A DNA stretch of 41,810 nt from Candidatus Planktophila sp. (GCA_044342645.1 JBIIPL010000001.1:1-41810), one strand, 5' to 3'; positions 1 to 9,795 are shown, counted from the first letter of the stretch. Made by a program: numbers and translations. The notes: a model not told the origin generated them from the letters alone.

Positions 1-38
1 TAAGGAAGAGGTCGGTGGTTCAAGTCCACCTGGGCCCA
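1..38 (+). tRNA. tRNA-Ile, 3' part only (anticodon cut by the window edge)
   Basis: T-arm GGTGG-TTCAAGT-CCACC, 3' acceptor strand TGGGCCC-A. The sequence TAA..AAGAGGTCGG and pairing with tRNA-Ala match the usual tRNA-Ile(GAT). Identity is inferred because only the last anticodon base is visible. Confidence 0.8.
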
Positions 39-51
39 CCCGTTCTAACAC

Positions 52-124
52 GGGGACCTAGCTCAATTGGTAGAGCACCGCCTTTGCAAGGCGGGGGTTA
101 GGGGTTCGATTCCCCTGGTCTCCA
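52..124 (+). tRNA. tRNA-Ala(TGC)
   Basis: Full cloverleaf: acceptor GGGGACC/GGTCTCC with the G3:U70 Ala determinant, D-arm GCTC/GAGC, anticodon stem CCGCC/GGCGG with loop TTTGCAA, T-loop TTCGATT. CCA is not encoded. Confidence 0.97.
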
Positions 125-168
125 CAATATTTTAATTTCTCAAATCCACCGAACGATTGGCTAAAAAC

Positions 169-681
169 ATGTCATCAACAGCAACTCTGCACACATCACT
201 TGGCGATGTAGTTATCGAGCTTTACCCAAACCACGCACCAAAGACAGTGGCTAACTTTGTTGAACTCGCAACTGGTGCAAAAGAGTGGACCGATCCTCGC
301 GATGGCAAGAAGACAACTGCGAAGTTGTACGACGGAACTATTTTTCACCGCGTCATTTCAGGTTTCATGATTCAAGGTGGAGATCCGCTCGGAAAAGGTT
401 TTGGCGGACCTGGTTACCAATTCGCTGATGAGTTCCACGGAGAGCTGCAATTTGATGCGCCATACATTTTTGCAATGGCCAACTCAGGACCAGGAACAAA
501 TGGTTCACAATTCTTTATCACCGTCGCACCAACAACTTGGTTAAACCGCAAGCACACTATCTTCGGAGCAGTTAAAGACGCTGCTTCTCAGGCAGTTGTA
601 GAAAAAATCGGTTCAACACCAACAGGTGCGCAAGATGTTCCGGTTACACCAGTTGTAATCAATAGCGTCACCATCGCTTAA
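169..681 (+). CDS. ppiA: Cyclophilin-type peptidyl-prolyl cis-trans isomerase
   Basis: [40 protein letters not shown] and HTIFG motifs. ATG 169 preferred over TTG 157. Confidence 0.95.
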   Translation: MSSTATLHTSLGDVVIELYPNHAPKTVANFVELATGAKEWTDPRDGKKTTAKLYDGTIFHRVISGFMIQGGDPLGKGFGGPGYQFADEFHGELQFDAPYIFAMANSGPGTNGSQFFITVAPTTWLNRKHTIFGAVKDAASQAVVEKIGSTPTGAQDVPVTPVVINSVTIA

Positions 682-691
682 CAAAACACTG

Positions 692-1231
692 ATGTATAAA
701 ATGAAGCGTTCTGCAACGCTTTCATTAATCACAATTATTTGTGCTGCTTACCTGGCAGATCTGATTTATCCGCAGTTCTACGAATACACCGCGCTCTTTG
801 GCCCACTCGTTCAATCGGGTGAAATCTGGCGACTCTTCTCTGTCGCACTCGTTCACGGTGGACTGACACATTTATTTTTTAATATGTTCTCACTTCTTGT
901 TTTAGGCAATCCTGTTGAGGCAGCGCTTGGCAAAGCGCGCTTTCTTACAATTTTCTTTCTCTCACTTTTAACCGGATCGCTCGCTTCAATCTATTTTAAT
1001 AGCGCCCCCCAAGTTTCAGTCGGGGCATCAGGTGCTGTCTTTGGTTTATTTGGTGCCTTTATTGCAATGCGCAAAATGATTAGCGAGGGCGTACGCGACA
1101 TTTACGTAATCGTTGGTCTGAACTTCGTATTCGGCTTCATCTTGGGCGGAGTCGACTGGCGAGCCCACCTGGGCGGCCTTGTTGGGGGCTACTTAACGAC
1201 TGCGGTTTTACTGCGAATTACACGCGTGTAA
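692..1231 (+). CDS. Rhomboid-family intramembrane serine protease (minimal core)
   Basis: WR motif, HxxxxHLFFNM, catalytic GASG and AHLGG; hydrophobic; downstream of ppiA as is usual in Actinobacteria. Confidence 0.93.
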   Translation: MYKMKRSATLSLITIICAAYLADLIYPQFYEYTALFGPLVQSGEIWRLFSVALVHGGLTHLFFNMFSLLVLGNPVEAALGKARFLTIFFLSLLTGSLASIYFNSAPQVSVGASGAVFGLFGAFIAMRKMISEGVRDIYVIVGLNFVFGFILGGVDWRAHLGGLVGGYLTTAVLLRITRV

Positions 1232-1232
1232 T

Positions 1233-1265
1233 TCATACACACCTGTGCACAAGTTCTGTGGATAA
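1233..1265. promoter_or_regulatory. Cluster of three DnaA boxes
   Basis: TGTGGATAA at 1257-1265 is the exact reverse complement of TTATCCACA. TGTGCACAA (1244-1252) and TCATACACA (1233-1241) are each one mismatch from TT(A/T)TNCACA. Together they fill almost the whole 34-bp spacer. Confidence 0.75.
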
Positions 1266-3314
1266 CTACTCAGCGGCTTTAACGCTACGCAACAAAACTT
1301 GAGCAACGTCCAGAACTTCAACATCGCTCTGACGCGCAACCATTCCGTCGCCAACCATCACGCGGCAGAACGGACAAGCAACTGCAACTTCTTCTGCGCC
1401 AGTTGAAATAGCTTCATCAACACGATTTAAATTAATACGCGTTCCAATTTTCTCTTCCATCCACATTCGGCCGCCACCGCCACCGCAACAAAATGATCGC
1501 TCTTGATTACGTGGCATCTCTGTCACATCGCAACCCGATGCTTCAAGTAATTCACGAGGCGGTGCATAAATCTGATTGTGACGACCCAAGTAACACGGAT
1601 CGTGATAGGTCAACTTCTTTTCGCTCTTATGTGGACTTGGCTTCAAACGCTTCTCTTTAATTAAAGTATTAAGTAATTGTGTGTGGTGCAACATTTCAAG
1701 TTCGAAACCACTTTGCGCGTAATCGCGCCCAATTGTTGTGAAGCAATGTGGGCAAGTCACAACGACTTTCTTCTTCCCCTTTGGCCGCCCCGCAAATACT
1801 TCATTAAATGTTTCAATGTTTTCGCGCGACAAGATTTGATACAAGAATTCATTTCCAGATCGACGTGCTGGATCTCCGGTGCAAGTCTCGCGCTTACCTA
1901 AAACGGCGAAGTTAACCCCTGCCATCCATAAAAGTTCTGCAACAGCTTTGGTAGTTTTCTTGGCACGTTCTTCATAAGCCCCAGCGCAGCCCACCCAGAA
2001 TAAATATTCAACTTCATCAGGCAGCACACCTTCAACTACGCGAACCGGGAAATCACATTCGGCGATCCAACCTTCACGATCTTGTTTATTAGCACCCCAC
2101 GGGTTGCCGGCTTTTTCCAAGTTACGGAAAGTGCCACCAAGTTCTGTCGGAAATTCTGATTCAACCAATACTTGGAAGCGGCGCATATTTACAATGTGAT
2201 CAACGTGTTCGATATCAACCGGACATTCATTTACGCAGGCACCACACATGGTGCAAGACCATAAAACATCTAGTGAAATGGGGCTGTTTTCACCCACTAT
2301 CGCTTCAGTTTCAACAACCTTCGCCATAGCGTGATCGCGCATCGCCATAATCAATAACTTTGGTGAAAGCGGTTTATCGGTGTGCCAAGCAGGACATTGC
2401 GATTGGCAACGTCCGCACTCGGTACAGCTGGTCATATCAAGCAGACCCTTCCAAGAAATATCTTGGCGATTACCCAAACCAAAGACATCATCTTCGGCAG
2501 GATCTTCAAAGTTAATCGGCTTGCCCTTGGAAAGCATTTCAGGGAGTGCGCCAAGGGATGCGCTGCCATCACTATTTCGCTTGTAATAAATATTAAAGAA
2601 AGCCAAGAAGCGGTGCCAAGCAATACCCATAGTCAAATTACTTGCGATGACAATGAACCAAGCCATCGAGATTACAATTTTTGCAGTTGCCACATAAAGG
2701 ATTGCGCTTTCAATTGCAACTGCGCTCATACCTTTAAATGCAAGTACTGCAGGCCAAGAGATCGCGTAATGCCAATTCCAGCTAGTTTCACCAGCCAGTG
2801 CGCCTTCCAAACCACGCAGTGCGATCACACAGAAAACAATTGCCAAGATAGTTGCTTCAACGTAATACGCCTTACCCATTCCAGAACCAGCAAAACGATT
2901 GAGCATTCGAAAACGCGCGACTTGTCTAATTCCAATTAAAGTGACAATTCCAATGCCGGTTGCCATCGCAATGAATTCAGCGAAGAGCTCGTAGACAACC
3001 CAATGCCCAATTAACGGCAGCGCAAAATCTGGATTTAAAACTTGACCATATGCGGTAATTAACGTTCCAATAAGCGCACCAAAACCGATCATCACAAACC
3101 AGTGCGCAATTCCGGTTGCGGTGAAGTTGAGCATCTTGGTGTGGCTCAAAACTTCGTGCAACATATGCATTAACCGCGAACCACGATTATTACTTCTAGT
3201 TGGATCAGGTTGGCCCTTGCGATAAATCCCAATCAATTGCGGCACCCGAATGGCGAGCAGTACGAGCGCGAAGACAGTGATCGCATACGAGAGTGATGCC
3301 AAGGCGATACGCAT
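1266..3314 (-). CDS. Membrane-bound Fe-S oxidoreductase (FadF / HdrD-GlpC-like, CCG domains)
   Basis: N-terminal TM helices, two 4Fe-4S motifs (CTECGRCQSQCP, CTMCGACVNECP), cysteine-rich domains (VTCPHC, YHDPCYLGRHN, FCCGGGGG, VACPFC). Confidence 0.88.
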   Translation of the reverse strand: MRIALASLSYAITVFALVLLAIRVPQLIGIYRKGQPDPTRSNNRGSRLMHMLHEVLSHTKMLNFTATGIAHWFVMIGFGALIGTLITAYGQVLNPDFALPLIGHWVVYELFAEFIAMATGIGIVTLIGIRQVARFRMLNRFAGSGMGKAYYVEATILAIVFCVIALRGLEGALAGETSWNWHYAISWPAVLAFKGMSAVAIESAILYVATAKIVISMAWFIVIASNLTMGIAWHRFLAFFNIYYKRNSDGSASLGALPEMLSKGKPINFEDPAEDDVFGLGNRQDISWKGLLDMTSCTECGRCQSQCPAWHTDKPLSPKLLIMAMRDHAMAKVVETEAIVGENSPISLDVLWSCTMCGACVNECPVDIEHVDHIVNMRRFQVLVESEFPTELGGTFRNLEKAGNPWGANKQDREGWIAECDFPVRVVEGVLPDEVEYLFWVGCAGAYEERAKKTTKAVAELLWMAGVNFAVLGKRETCTGDPARRSGNEFLYQILSRENIETFNEVFAGRPKGKKKVVVTCPHCFTTIGRDYAQSGFELEMLHHTQLLNTLIKEKRLKPSPHKSEKKLTYHDPCYLGRHNQIYAPPRELLEASGCDVTEMPRNQERSFCCGGGGGRMWMEEKIGTRINLNRVDEAISTGAEEVAVACPFCRVMVGDGMVARQSDVEVLDVAQVLLRSVKAAE

Positions 3315-3382
3315 AACGCGAGGTTACCGAGGTGGAGCGGGAATATCTGAGCAAGCAGGGGAGTTATACGGGATGGTCCAAA

Positions 3383-3403
3383 CTTGAGTCGCTCCGACTC
3401 ACT
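3383..3403. promoter_or_regulatory. HAIR operator (HspR binding site)
   Basis: CTTGAGT-N7-ACTCAct versus consensus CTTGAGT-N7-ACTCAAG, upstream of a dnaK operon that encodes HspR. A weaker second copy, TTCGGGT-N7-ACTCAGG, lies at 3406-3426. Confidence 0.85.
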
Positions 3404-3490
3404 CTTTCGGGTAAGATCGACTCAGGTTAGACCAGCCTCAACCCCAAATTGGGCTTGAGATGAGCTAAATACTTAAAAGGAGCAATACAA

Positions 3491-5320
3491 ATGGCTAGAG
3501 CAGTCGGAATCGACCTCGGAACAACAAATAGCTGCGTATCGGTACTCGAAGGTGGAGAGCCAAAAGTTATCGCCAACGCAGAAGGCGCTCGCACAACCCC
3601 ATCGATCGTTGCCTTCGCTAAAAATGGCGAAGTTCTCGTCGGTGAAGTTGCTAAGCGCCAATCAGTGACCAACGTTGAACGCACAATTCGTTCCGTTAAG
3701 CGTCACATGGGTACTAACTGGTCAATGGATATTGATGGCAAGAAGTACACACCACAAGAAATTTCTGCACGTATTTTGCAAAAGTTAAAGCGCGATGCTG
3801 AGGCATACCTTGGTGAAACTGTTACTGATGCAGTGATCACAGTTCCTGCATATTTCTCAGATGCAGAACGTCAAGCAACAAAAGAAGCTGGCGAGATCGC
3901 CGGACTTAACGTACTTCGTATTATCAACGAACCAACTGCAGCAGCGCTCGCATACGGTTTAGATAAAGCAGATCAAGAACAAACAATTCTTGTATTCGAC
4001 TTAGGTGGCGGAACATTTGACGTCTCGCTATTGGAAATCGGCGATGGCGTTGTTGAAGTTAAAGCAACTGCCGGTGATAACCACCTTGGTGGAGATGACT
4101 GGGATCAAGTACTTGTCGATCACTTAGTTCAAACATTTGGTTCAAAGAACGGAATTGATTTGACAAAAGATAAGATGGCGATGCAACGTATTCGTGAAGC
4201 CGCTGAAAAAGCAAAGATCGAACTTTCATCATCACAGCAAGCATCAATTAACCTGCCATACATCACTGTTGATGCCGAGAAGAATCCATTGTTCCTAGAT
4301 GAAACTCTGACTCGTGCACAATTCCAAACACTTACTGCGCCTCTTCTTGAGCGTTGCAAGAAGCCATTCCAGCAAGTTCTAAAAGATTCTGGAATCGCAA
4401 TCGGCAACATCAAGAGCGTTGTACTTGTTGGCGGATCAACTAGTATGCCAGCAGTCGTTGATCTTGTCCGCGACTTAACCGGCGGAAAAGAGCCAAATAA
4501 GGGCGTAAATCCTGATGAAGTTGTGGCAGTTGGCGCATCTTTGCAAGCAGGCGTTCTTAAGGGAGAAGTTAAAGACATTCTCCTTCTCGATGTCACACCG
4601 CTAACACTTGGTATCGAAACCAAGGGTGGCGTTATGACCAAAATGATTGAGCGCAACACAACTATTCCTACAAAGCGCAGCGAAATCTTTACGACAGCTG
4701 ATGACAATCAGCCTGCTGTGCAGATCCAGGTCTACCAAGGTGAGCGTGAAATGGCTGCTCACAACAAGAAGTTAGGCATGTTCGAACTAACCGGACTTGC
4801 ACCAGCGCCACGCGGAGTTCCACAAGTTGAAGTTACCTTCGACATTGATGCAAACGGAATCGTTCACGTTGGTGCAAAAGATCTTGCAACCGGCAAAGAA
4901 CAATCAGTCACAATCAGCGGCGGATCTTCTCTTTCAAAAGAAGAGATCGATCGCATGATGGCAGATGCTGAATCACACGCGGAAGAAGATAAGCAACGTC
5001 GTGAAGAAGCTGAAATCCGCAACAACGGAGATTCACTTGTCTACCAAACTGAAAAGTTCATTGCAGATAACGCAGAAAAACTTGCTGAAGGCGAAGCAGC
5101 CGAGAAGAAGGTTGAAGTTGAGGCAGCACTTGTCGAACTTAAGACTTCACTCGGAGGTGCTAACTTCGAAGCGATTAAGACAAATACCGAAAAGGTAGCA
5201 ACTCTTAGCCAGGCACTTGGCGCTGCGATGTATGCAGCAGCAGGGGCTGCAACAGGCGAAGGTTCAGCAAATGAAGATGGCGTTGAAGACGCTGAGGTCG
5301 TGGACGAAGGCAGTAACTAA
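3491..5320 (+). CDS. dnaK: Chaperone DnaK (Hsp70)
   Basis: [40 protein letters not shown]; SD AGGAG upstream. Confidence 0.99.
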   Translation: MARAVGIDLGTTNSCVSVLEGGEPKVIANAEGARTTPSIVAFAKNGEVLVGEVAKRQSVTNVERTIRSVKRHMGTNWSMDIDGKKYTPQEISARILQKLKRDAEAYLGETVTDAVITVPAYFSDAERQATKEAGEIAGLNVLRIINEPTAAALAYGLDKADQEQTILVFDLGGGTFDVSLLEIGDGVVEVKATAGDNHLGGDDWDQVLVDHLVQTFGSKNGIDLTKDKMAMQRIREAAEKAKIELSSSQQASINLPYITVDAEKNPLFLDETLTRAQFQTLTAPLLERCKKPFQQVLKDSGIAIGNIKSVVLVGGSTSMPAVVDLVRDLTGGKEPNKGVNPDEVVAVGASLQAGVLKGEVKDILLLDVTPLTLGIETKGGVMTKMIERNTTIPTKRSEIFTTADDNQPAVQIQVYQGEREMAAHNKKLGMFELTGLAPAPRGVPQVEVTFDIDANGIVHVGAKDLATGKEQSVTISGGSSLSKEEIDRMMADAESHAEEDKQRREEAEIRNNGDSLVYQTEKFIADNAEKLAEGEAAEKKVEVEAALVELKTSLGGANFEAIKTNTEKVATLSQALGAAMYAAAGAATGEGSANEDGVEDAEVVDEGSN

Positions 5321-5365
5321 AGACGAGGCATAAAAATATCGAGGAGCGGAATTGGTATCAACTAA

Positions 5366-5872
5366 ATGAATTCAGAAAGTAGTACTCAAATGGAAGCCGA
5401 TGACGCTTTGCTACAAACGGAAGAGGCTGCCCCGGTTCAGGAAACTGATCCGGTGGCATCTCTCACCGCTGATTTACAACGACTTCAAGCCGAGTATGCA
5501 AACTACCGAAAGCGTGTTGAACGCGATCGCGCTCTGGCACATGAACTCGCAATTGGTGCGGTTTTAACTGAACTGCTTGCAACTTTGGATGACATTGATC
5601 GCGCTACCGAACACGGCGAGCTGACCGGTGGATTTAAATCTGTTTCAGATCAAATCACTGCAATCACAACTCGTTTGGGTTTGGAAAAGTACGGCACAGC
5701 TGGTGAAGAATTTGATCCACAAATTCACGAAGCGCTGATGCACGACACCGGTAGCGATGTAATGGTGCCTACTGCGACAAAGATCTTGCAACCAGGATAT
5801 AAATATAAAGAACGCATCCTGCGTCCTGCTCGTGTGGCAGTTACTGATCCTGCCGAATCGCCTGCGGAATAA
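5366..5872 (+). CDS. grpE: Nucleotide exchange factor GrpE
   Basis: RLQAEYANYRKR, FDPQIHEAL, GY..KERILRPARVAV; operon position. Confidence 0.97.
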   Translation: MNSESSTQMEADDALLQTEEAAPVQETDPVASLTADLQRLQAEYANYRKRVERDRALAHELAIGAVLTELLATLDDIDRATEHGELTGGFKSVSDQITAITTRLGLEKYGTAGEEFDPQIHEALMHDTGSDVMVPTATKILQPGYKYKERILRPARVAVTDPAESPAE

Positions 5873-5881
5873 CTACTTTCC

Positions 5882-6805
5882 ATGGCCGCTAAAGACCTTT
5901 ATGAAAAGGATTTCTACAAGATCTTGGGTCTTGGCAAATCTGCCAGTGGCGATGAAATCAAAAAGAAATACCGTTCTTTAGCGCGCGAGCTTCACCCTGA
6001 TAAAACTAAGGGTGATGCCGCAATGGAGGAAAAGTTTAAAGCGGTCTCTGAGGCTTATGACATTTTATCTGATGGTAAAAAGCGTGCGGAATATGATCAA
6101 GCGCGCGATATGTTCGAACGCGGTGGAATGCGATCACCGCAAGGCGGACAGAATTTTCAAGGCGGAGATTTCTCCGACATCTTCGGCGGTGGAAACCCAC
6201 AAGACATATTCGCTAATTTATTTGGCGCAGGTGGACGTCGTGGTCCACGTAAAGGACAAGATTTACAAACAGAATCAACAATTACCTTTAAAGAAGCAGC
6301 TTTTGGCACCACTTTAGAACTTCGTTTATCTACTGATGGCGGGCCATCACAAACTATTTCTGCACGAGTTCCTGCAGGAGTAAATGATGGCGCAAAAATC
6401 CGCGTAAAAGGCAAAGGCGGCAAAGGTGATGCTGGCCCTGGTGATTTATTTATTATGTTGCACGTTAAGCCGCACGCAATTTTTTCACGCAAAGGTGAGA
6501 ACATTGCAATCACTGTTCCAGTCACATTTACTGAAGCAACACTCGGCGCTGATATAAAAGTTCCAACTTTGACTGGTGAAGAAGTAACACTTCGTTTATC
6601 ACCTGGCACCGCCAATGGTCGCGTGCTCCGTGTTAAAGGACGAGGGATAGCAAAAGGTGCAACCATTGGAGATTTGCTTGTAACCGTTGAAGTACAGGTT
6701 CCACAAAACTTACCAAGTGATGCAGTCGAAGCCTTGCAGAAATATGCCGAAGCAACATCTGAAACAGATGTGCGCAGTGAGCTAAAGAGTAAGGCGGAGT
6801 TATGA
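5882..6805 (+). CDS. dnaJ: DnaJ co-chaperone without zinc finger (class B / CbpA-like architecture)
   Basis: J-domain with HPD, G/F-rich region with DIF repeats, C-terminal domain (GDL motifs); no cysteines in the protein. Confidence 0.93.
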   Translation: MAAKDLYEKDFYKILGLGKSASGDEIKKKYRSLARELHPDKTKGDAAMEEKFKAVSEAYDILSDGKKRAEYDQARDMFERGGMRSPQGGQNFQGGDFSDIFGGGNPQDIFANLFGAGGRRGPRKGQDLQTESTITFKEAAFGTTLELRLSTDGGPSQTISARVPAGVNDGAKIRVKGKGGKGDAGPGDLFIMLHVKPHAIFSRKGENIAITVPVTFTEATLGADIKVPTLTGEEVTLRLSPGTANGRVLRVKGRGIAKGATIGDLLVTVEVQVPQNLPSDAVEALQKYAEATSETDVRSELKSKAEL

Positions 6806-7191
6806 GTAACGAACCTCAAGATAATAAGACTCCAGATGATGACGCTGGGCTTTATGTAATTTCAGTTGCTGCCGAACTTTCTGGGCTGCACCCACAAACT
6901 CTGCGTCAGTACGATCGCTTAGGTTTAGTCTCACCAAACCGAACTGTTGGGCGCAATCGTCGTTACTCGTTGCGCGACATCGCATCGCTGCGAATGGTTG
7001 GGCGTTTAGTTGGCGAAGGTATCAATCACGCCGGAATCAAAAGAATTATTGAACTTGAATCTGCCATGGCAAATATGGCAATTGAGGTTGCGCAGTTGCG
7101 CATTGAAGTAGATGCGCTGCTAAAAGAGAATCCACCTAAAGCACTTGTTTCACGCCGAAAAAATGAAGTTATTGTCTATAAAGAAGATTAG
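6802..7191 (+). CDS. hspR: Heat-shock repressor HspR (MerR family)
   Basis: YVISVAAELSGLHPQTLRQYDRLGLVSP..R.G..RRYS; ATGA overlap with dnaJ. Confidence 0.96.
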   Translation: MSNEPQDNKTPDDDAGLYVISVAAELSGLHPQTLRQYDRLGLVSPNRTVGRNRRYSLRDIASLRMVGRLVGEGINHAGIKRIIELESAMANMAIEVAQLRIEVDALLKENPPKALVSRRKNEVIVYKED

Positions 7192-8462
7192 ACAGGCTTA
7201 AAAGCTTTAATCCTGCCGTTCCATTTACCCAGAACCTTTTCTGCTGGTGTTAACAAAACACCCTCAAGCACAGTTGAATAAATATCTCGGAAATCTGTGG
7301 TCACGGCTAAATCACCGTCAATTAATTTAGTTAGCGACGGTTGATCACCATAGAAACCACCATTGACTCGATCTCCGATTAAAAAGACTGGTCCGGCGGT
7401 TCCGTGATCAGTACCTTCAGAACCATTACCTTTTACGCGTCGCCCGAATTCGCTATAAACCAGAACAGTAATATCTTTTGAGCGACCCGATGCTTTCATT
7501 TGGCTCAAGAACTTGGTGATACTTGTTGAAACGGTTCCAAGCAGTGCTGCTTGAGCATTAGCTTCGTTGGCGTGAGTATCAAAGCCACCAAGTGAAACAG
7601 ACCAAACTTTTGTTGGCGCACCAGCTTCGATTAGTTTTCCAACCACGCTTAATTGCTGAGTTAAATTTGAATCACCGCCAGCATTGCCACCGCTAACAGT
7701 TGGAAGATCATCTGACATTTTCGTTGCTTGAGATAAAATAGGTGTGATATTTCCAGAGATGCTAAATAGATTACGCATCGATAAAGCCGCCGCCGCCATC
7801 AACTTGTTATCTGCGCGGGTAGGTTTTGATAATTGATCGCACGCCTTAGCAAATACACCAGAAGGAATTACTAAACCACCCAAAGGAAGTGCGGATCCAC
7901 TGTTTTTTGCACCGACCAACAATGGCGGCAGAACAGAACCCAAACTTATGGAAGTCATTGGATCAATCTTTTGTGTATCTAGCCATCTTCCCAGCCAACC
8001 AGTGCTTAGATGAGTTTTTGGAGATCCGGTCTGCCAAATAGCCATTGAAGAGAAATGAGAACGATCTGGTTCGGGATACCCAACTCCGCGAACAATTGCT
8101 ACCTTCTTTTCATCCCACAAGTTCTTAATTCCTGTCATTGCTGGATTCAAAGCCAACTCATCTGAAAGCGGAAGTAACGTCTCAGCTTTGTAAGTTAAAT
8201 CAGGGCGCGCTGCGTAATACGCAGGATCCTTGAAAGGAATCACGGTGTTTAATCCGTCGTTTCCGCCGTAGAGAGTTACAACAACCAATATTGGTGTGCC
8301 CAGCGGAAGCGGCCGCGTGATTGCTGCTTCGGCAACATCATTTATCGAAAGAACACTTGCCGCTGTTGCAGCTGTTGCTGCGCCCGAGAACTTTAAGAAT
8401 TGCCGCCTGGTGTACTTGGACATTCCAAGTTGTTCAGCAGACATAGTTGGAATTTCGTTCAT
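7188..8462 (-). CDS. DUF1501-family protein with twin-arginine signal
   Basis: TRRQFLK plus Ala-rich h-region; L.GGNDGLN, RSHF, GWLGR, GGFDTH, SEFGRR and GTDHG motifs; coupled to a DUF1800 gene. Alternative start at 8423. Confidence 0.88.
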   Translation of the reverse strand: MNEIPTMSAEQLGMSKYTRRQFLKFSGAATAATAASVLSINDVAEAAITRPLPLGTPILVVVTLYGGNDGLNTVIPFKDPAYYAARPDLTYKAETLLPLSDELALNPAMTGIKNLWDEKKVAIVRGVGYPEPDRSHFSSMAIWQTGSPKTHLSTGWLGRWLDTQKIDPMTSISLGSVLPPLLVGAKNSGSALPLGGLVIPSGVFAKACDQLSKPTRADNKLMAAAALSMRNLFSISGNITPILSQATKMSDDLPTVSGGNAGGDSNLTQQLSVVGKLIEAGAPTKVWSVSLGGFDTHANEANAQAALLGTVSTSITKFLSQMKASGRSKDITVLVYSEFGRRVKGNGSEGTDHGTAGPVFLIGDRVNGGFYGDQPSLTKLIDGDLAVTTDFRDIYSTVLEGVLLTPAEKVLGKWNGRIKAFKPV

Positions 8463-9751
8463 TGGCTCACCACATATTCTGGGCTACAAATTGCAAGTTC
8501 AACTAAGCGAGGAAGATTGTTCTGCAAATCGCTAAGTGGCACCGATGTTCGCGCCGTCCATTCAGGAATTGCTAATAAATCGGCTAAGTAAGTGATTCTC
8601 TTATCTGGCGCGATTGCTTTGATCGTAGAAAGATCAGCCTGCTTGACCAACCAAGAAGCAAAAACAATTCTAAATTGCGCACTCGCCGAGCTAAGCCAGG
8701 CCTCATCAGTTGGCCAACCACCAACATTTGGTGGAGAGAAAGGAATCTGTGCCAACTTATCTAGGTACCCATTTAGCTTTGTAAAGGAATCTAGCCTAGA
8801 AGGCGTTAATTCCAGCGCTTTACACACCGCGACAAACCACTCGACCGGTGACTTAACAATTGAATACTTCCGGTTAGTTAAATCCTTACCGTTTAATAAG
8901 GCGGTTAACCCTTGTTGTATATCTCTTCCCGCCAAGGCGTTAATTAGCGGATGATTCTGAGGTAAAGCTTCAGTACTGGAAATAAAGCGGTACCAAATTC
9001 GTTCGGCTAAAAAGCGTGGGCAATCCGCCTGATCCACAAGATGGGTAATCGCCTCTGGCCCAGTCATTACTGCGGTCTTACCCAAAATTGTTACCGCACC
9101 AGTGTCACGGCGCTTCTGATTTAAAGTCACAACTCCAGTACTTCGAGGTACTTGATATCCAGTCAACGCTCGCGACAATTCTTTAACATCTTTTTCGGTG
9201 TATCGATTAACACCTAAAACAAATAGCTCCATAACTTCTCGCGCCAAATTTTCATTTGGTGATTTTAAGGTATTTTCATTTCCGTCCAACCAAACTTGCA
9301 ACGCACCATCTAAAAGCATCGCTTGCGATAAGTCTTTGAAGTTGCCAAGTGCATACTTTCTAAAAGTTTGATTTTGCGTCAACATAGGAAGCGCATAATT
9401 AACCTTGCCTATAGAAGTCGCCCAATGTCCATGCCAGAACCAGACCATTCGCTCTTGCAAAGGTTTATTCGTCAAAACCATTTGGTCTAACCACCAAAGT
9501 GTTAGCTCTTTTTTCTGTGCACCAAGCGCTTGTGAAAATTGCGCTGAGTCTGCGCTCTTAGGGGCGGGGCGCTGACCTAAGTCTGCAAACACTGGTTCTT
9601 TCGGCGCTCCTGAATCAACGGCCGGTGGATTAAGAAGTGAGCTTTTATATGTTGCAGGTCCGGCTTTCAAAGCGGCGGCAAATTCTCCAGGACGTGGCCC
9701 GAAAGCAAAGCGGTTAATCAGCCTTGATATCTCCAGCCGTTTTGCATCCAT
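8459..9751 (-). CDS. DUF1800-family protein
   Basis: RFAFG, LQERMVWFWHGHWATS, PNENLAREVMELF.LG, K.PVE, PPNVGGW, SPEY at the C-terminus. Confidence 0.88.
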   Translation of the reverse strand: MDAKRLEISRLINRFAFGPRPGEFAAALKAGPATYKSSLLNPPAVDSGAPKEPVFADLGQRPAPKSADSAQFSQALGAQKKELTLWWLDQMVLTNKPLQERMVWFWHGHWATSIGKVNYALPMLTQNQTFRKYALGNFKDLSQAMLLDGALQVWLDGNENTLKSPNENLAREVMELFVLGVNRYTEKDVKELSRALTGYQVPRSTGVVTLNQKRRDTGAVTILGKTAVMTGPEAITHLVDQADCPRFLAERIWYRFISSTEALPQNHPLINALAGRDIQQGLTALLNGKDLTNRKYSIVKSPVEWFVAVCKALELTPSRLDSFTKLNGYLDKLAQIPFSPPNVGGWPTDEAWLSSASAQFRIVFASWLVKQADLSTIKAIAPDKRITYLADLLAIPEWTARTSVPLSDLQNNLPRLVELAICSPEYVVSQ

Positions 9752-9795
9752 ATGAGAACGCTAGGGCAGTTGGATTAACAATGTAAGGTTTAACT

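Noticed and set aside
4129-4707. 192-aa ORF antisense to dnaK, and similar shadow ORFs (6157-6819, 2382-2939, 13985-14416, 15884-16360, 26600-27019, 41006-41398)
   Set aside because: They lie wholly opposite or within strongly supported genes, lack motifs, and are expected from codon bias.
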